Assembly: GCA_027923505.1 (NCBI GenBank)
Contig: BROI01000002.1
Span: 1,798,001-1,862,000 of the forward strand
Length of the DNA: 64,000 nt
Source of the DNA: Mayamaea pseudoterrestris
Taxonomy: Eukaryota
Reading direction: 5' to 3'
The notes below the pieces were generated by a model. That model was not told where the DNA came from and searched no databases. It saw only the letters and a list, made by a program, of their open reading frames with translations. Each line of letters starts with the position of its first letter. Positions within the stretch are counted from its first letter, which is position 1. Shown here one piece after another: positions 62,270 through 64,000 of this stretch. The translations under genes and the position numbers were made by a program.

Positions 62270-64000
62270 TTAAAAGGCAGCATCAGCATCATCCTGACTC
62301 ATCATGGTGGTCGCCGTGTCTCCAATGAGCTCTCGCGCCTTTTGATCGTCACCTCGCAATAGGCACTCCAGCGCCAAGACGTGACGCATGGTTGGCCGAC
62401 CGTGTGGACAGTTCCATGGATGCTCGACATCCTGCAACCGCCTGACGATCCGGTCCATGTCCTTTTGCGAAAGCGCTTGACCTATCATGATACTTCCGCG
62501 ACACGCACGACTTGCAAACATGGCAATCGCTTTTGGTAAGCGAACTATAACCTTTTCCGCTGGATCAATGCCTCTCGATCCACTAGTGTACCGGCGAACA
62601 GCATTGTTGCCGTACAATCCATTTCCATCCGCTCCGGTTCCAGTTCCGGCTGCTCCATCGTGCGACGCTGACGACTCGTCGACGCCCAATATATGACAGA
62701 GCGCGGATACATCCTCCTTTCCAAATTGAACAGCCTTGCGTCCGTCGGGTGCGCCACTGTGTGGAAGCGCCGTCAGTGACAATCGATGGCGCGGCTGCTT
62801 GTCCCAATCCACCTTGAATCGAAACCCATTCTTCTCAAAAATCTCCATATTGTCCATAATGCATGACTCCTCGGCAGGCATAAGCTCCAGTGGCATTGGC
62901 GAAATGAGGCGCTGCTCCGTAATGATCGTCTCGGCCATAAGCTTTTCGAAGTTGAACTTTTCATCGCATGCGTGCTGGTCCAAGATCCATAAATTGCAGT
63001 CCTGGCTCACGGCGAGTAGAAAGCCTAAATTGAATTGACCAATGACACGCATGGAGCTAAAATCTTCCTTTGAAAGACTGATAATGTCAGTCTGCACCTC
63101 TGGGTGATCAAGCGACACTGCCGTGTTCTCGTAGCGTAATCTACGATCACGTAATGCTAACCGTTCCCGACGCGACATCAAAACGGCGTCATCAGTCCCA
63201 GTAAACGCATCGAAAACAATTGATGAAGTCTCGCGCTGTGGATGATCTTGCGTCGGCAGTGCAGGTTGAGTGACATCATCGTCGTCATCGTCGCCATCTT
63301 CTTGTTCATCGTCATCGGCCGACGAGGGAGGGCTCCGGCAGCGATCCAGCGATACGCGACGTTGCTCTGCTTTCGCTTCATCCCCGCCATCGCCAGTTGT
63401 TACAGCCGTTCTATTTACAAGGTCAGACTGTGCCGTTGAATTCAAGGCAGACCTCCGCTGACGCTTGGAGTGTAAACCAGACATTGACGCATCGGAGTTA
63501 CGCTTTATTGTGAATTGTTCAACTTCTTCCAAAGACTGGACTGACACAGTCTGGGAGCTACTACGCATAGATGCGAATCCATAACGATCCAAGCCAGCCT
63601 GCGAACCTCCAAGTTCATGTGCGCCATTCCGATAACGATCAAACGAATTCGCCATCATACCAACACGCTCCACAGCCGTCTCACCTGATCTCTGCAGAAT
63701 TCCCGATCGCCTCGTCTCACTTGGAAGCATCCGTCTATGCAAACTTGATGGAGCTACAGAACCAATACGAATATCATCAAGCGCCTCGCCTCCCTTGTGG
63801 TCGTCAGCGTGTGGCGTAATATGAGCAATTCCAGTCAGACCACCACTGACAGCGTTGATTGCGGCTTCTTCAATTTCATCATCAAAAAACTCTTGCTCAT
63901 GAGCTGGTCGAAGAGCCAGCTTTGGAATGACCTCGTCGTCACTCGAGTCATCTGCATCGTCAGCCATTTCCGCCATGACCTCCTTCTTACGAGCTTCCTC
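62270..64000 (-). CDS. PMS2: MutL-family mismatch repair endonuclease PMS2 (yeast Pms1), C-terminal part; 5' end outside the window
   Basis: VIGQFNLGF, DQHACDEKFNFE, FASRACR.SIMIG, PWNCPHGRPTMRH. Confidence 0.94.
   Translation of the reverse strand, partial: EEARKKEVMAEMADDADDSSDDEVIPKLALRPAHEQEFFDDEIEEAAINAVSGGLTGIAHITPHADDHKGGEALDDIRIGSVAPSSLHRRMLPSETRRSGILQRSGETAVERVGMMANSFDRYRNGAHELGGSQAGLDRYGFASMRSSSQTVSVQSLEEVEQFTIKRNSDASMSGLHSKRQRRSALNSTAQSDLVNRTAVTTGDGGDEAKAEQRRVSLDRCRSPPSSADDDEQEDGDDDDDDVTQPALPTQDHPQRETSSIVFDAFTGTDDAVLMSRRERLALRDRRLRYENTAVSLDHPEVQTDIISLSKEDFSSMRVIGQFNLGFLLAVSQDCNLWILDQHACDEKFNFEKLMAETIITEQRLISPMPLELMPAEESCIMDNMEIFEKNGFRFKVDWDKQPRHRLSLTALPHSGAPDGRKAVQFGKEDVSALCHILGVDESSASHDGAAGTGTGADGNGLYGNNAVRRYTSGSRGIDPAEKVIVRLPKAIAMFASRACRGSIMIGQALSQKDMDRIVRRLQDVEHPWNCPHGRPTMRHVLALECLLRGDDQKARELIGDTATTMMSQDDADAAF

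Noticed and set aside
42234..64000. HNH, FANCM and PMS2 as a DNA-repair or defence cluster
   Set aside because: They are interspersed with unrelated genes in mixed orientation, consistent with chance in a compact eukaryotic genome.

Overview
Eukaryotic nuclear DNA, most likely from a diatom. Supporting evidence: compact genes with short GT-AG introns, bipartite plastid-targeting peptides and a CoDi-type Copia remnant. Layout: (i) 1-3.0 kb, a 348-bp tandem repeat. (ii) 3.2-10.2 kb, four genes (importin-alpha-like, EDR2-C/DUF1336, LSm4, silicanin-like membrane protein). (iii) About 10.5-41.9 kb, a ~31-kb block without host genes, made of layered, nucleosome-sized, CpG-depleted satellites in the order 172/187-bp family | ~21 kb of 161/162-bp family | 172/187-bp family | 169-bp family | 183-bp remnant. 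It is invaded by a Copia LTR element (TSD CATTA) and a 3.3-kb APE-RT non-LTR element (13-bp TSD). (iv) 42-64 kb, a gene-dense arm (HNH nuclease, Snf7, poly(A) polymerase, 2OG-Fe(II) oxygenase, ferredoxin, FANCM, aspartyl protease, MYND protein, METTL21-like, partial PMS2) with two 42-bp TGACGT minisatellites in divergent promoters. The most notable hypotheses are a satellite-based centromere-like or heterochromatic domain, palindromes conserved by compensatory substitutions in two satellite families, and Helentron/HINE-like termini suggesting a mobile-element origin for the satellites. Parts of the repeat block look like low-quality or haplotype-mosaic consensus. All family assignments come from motif recognition, not database searches.
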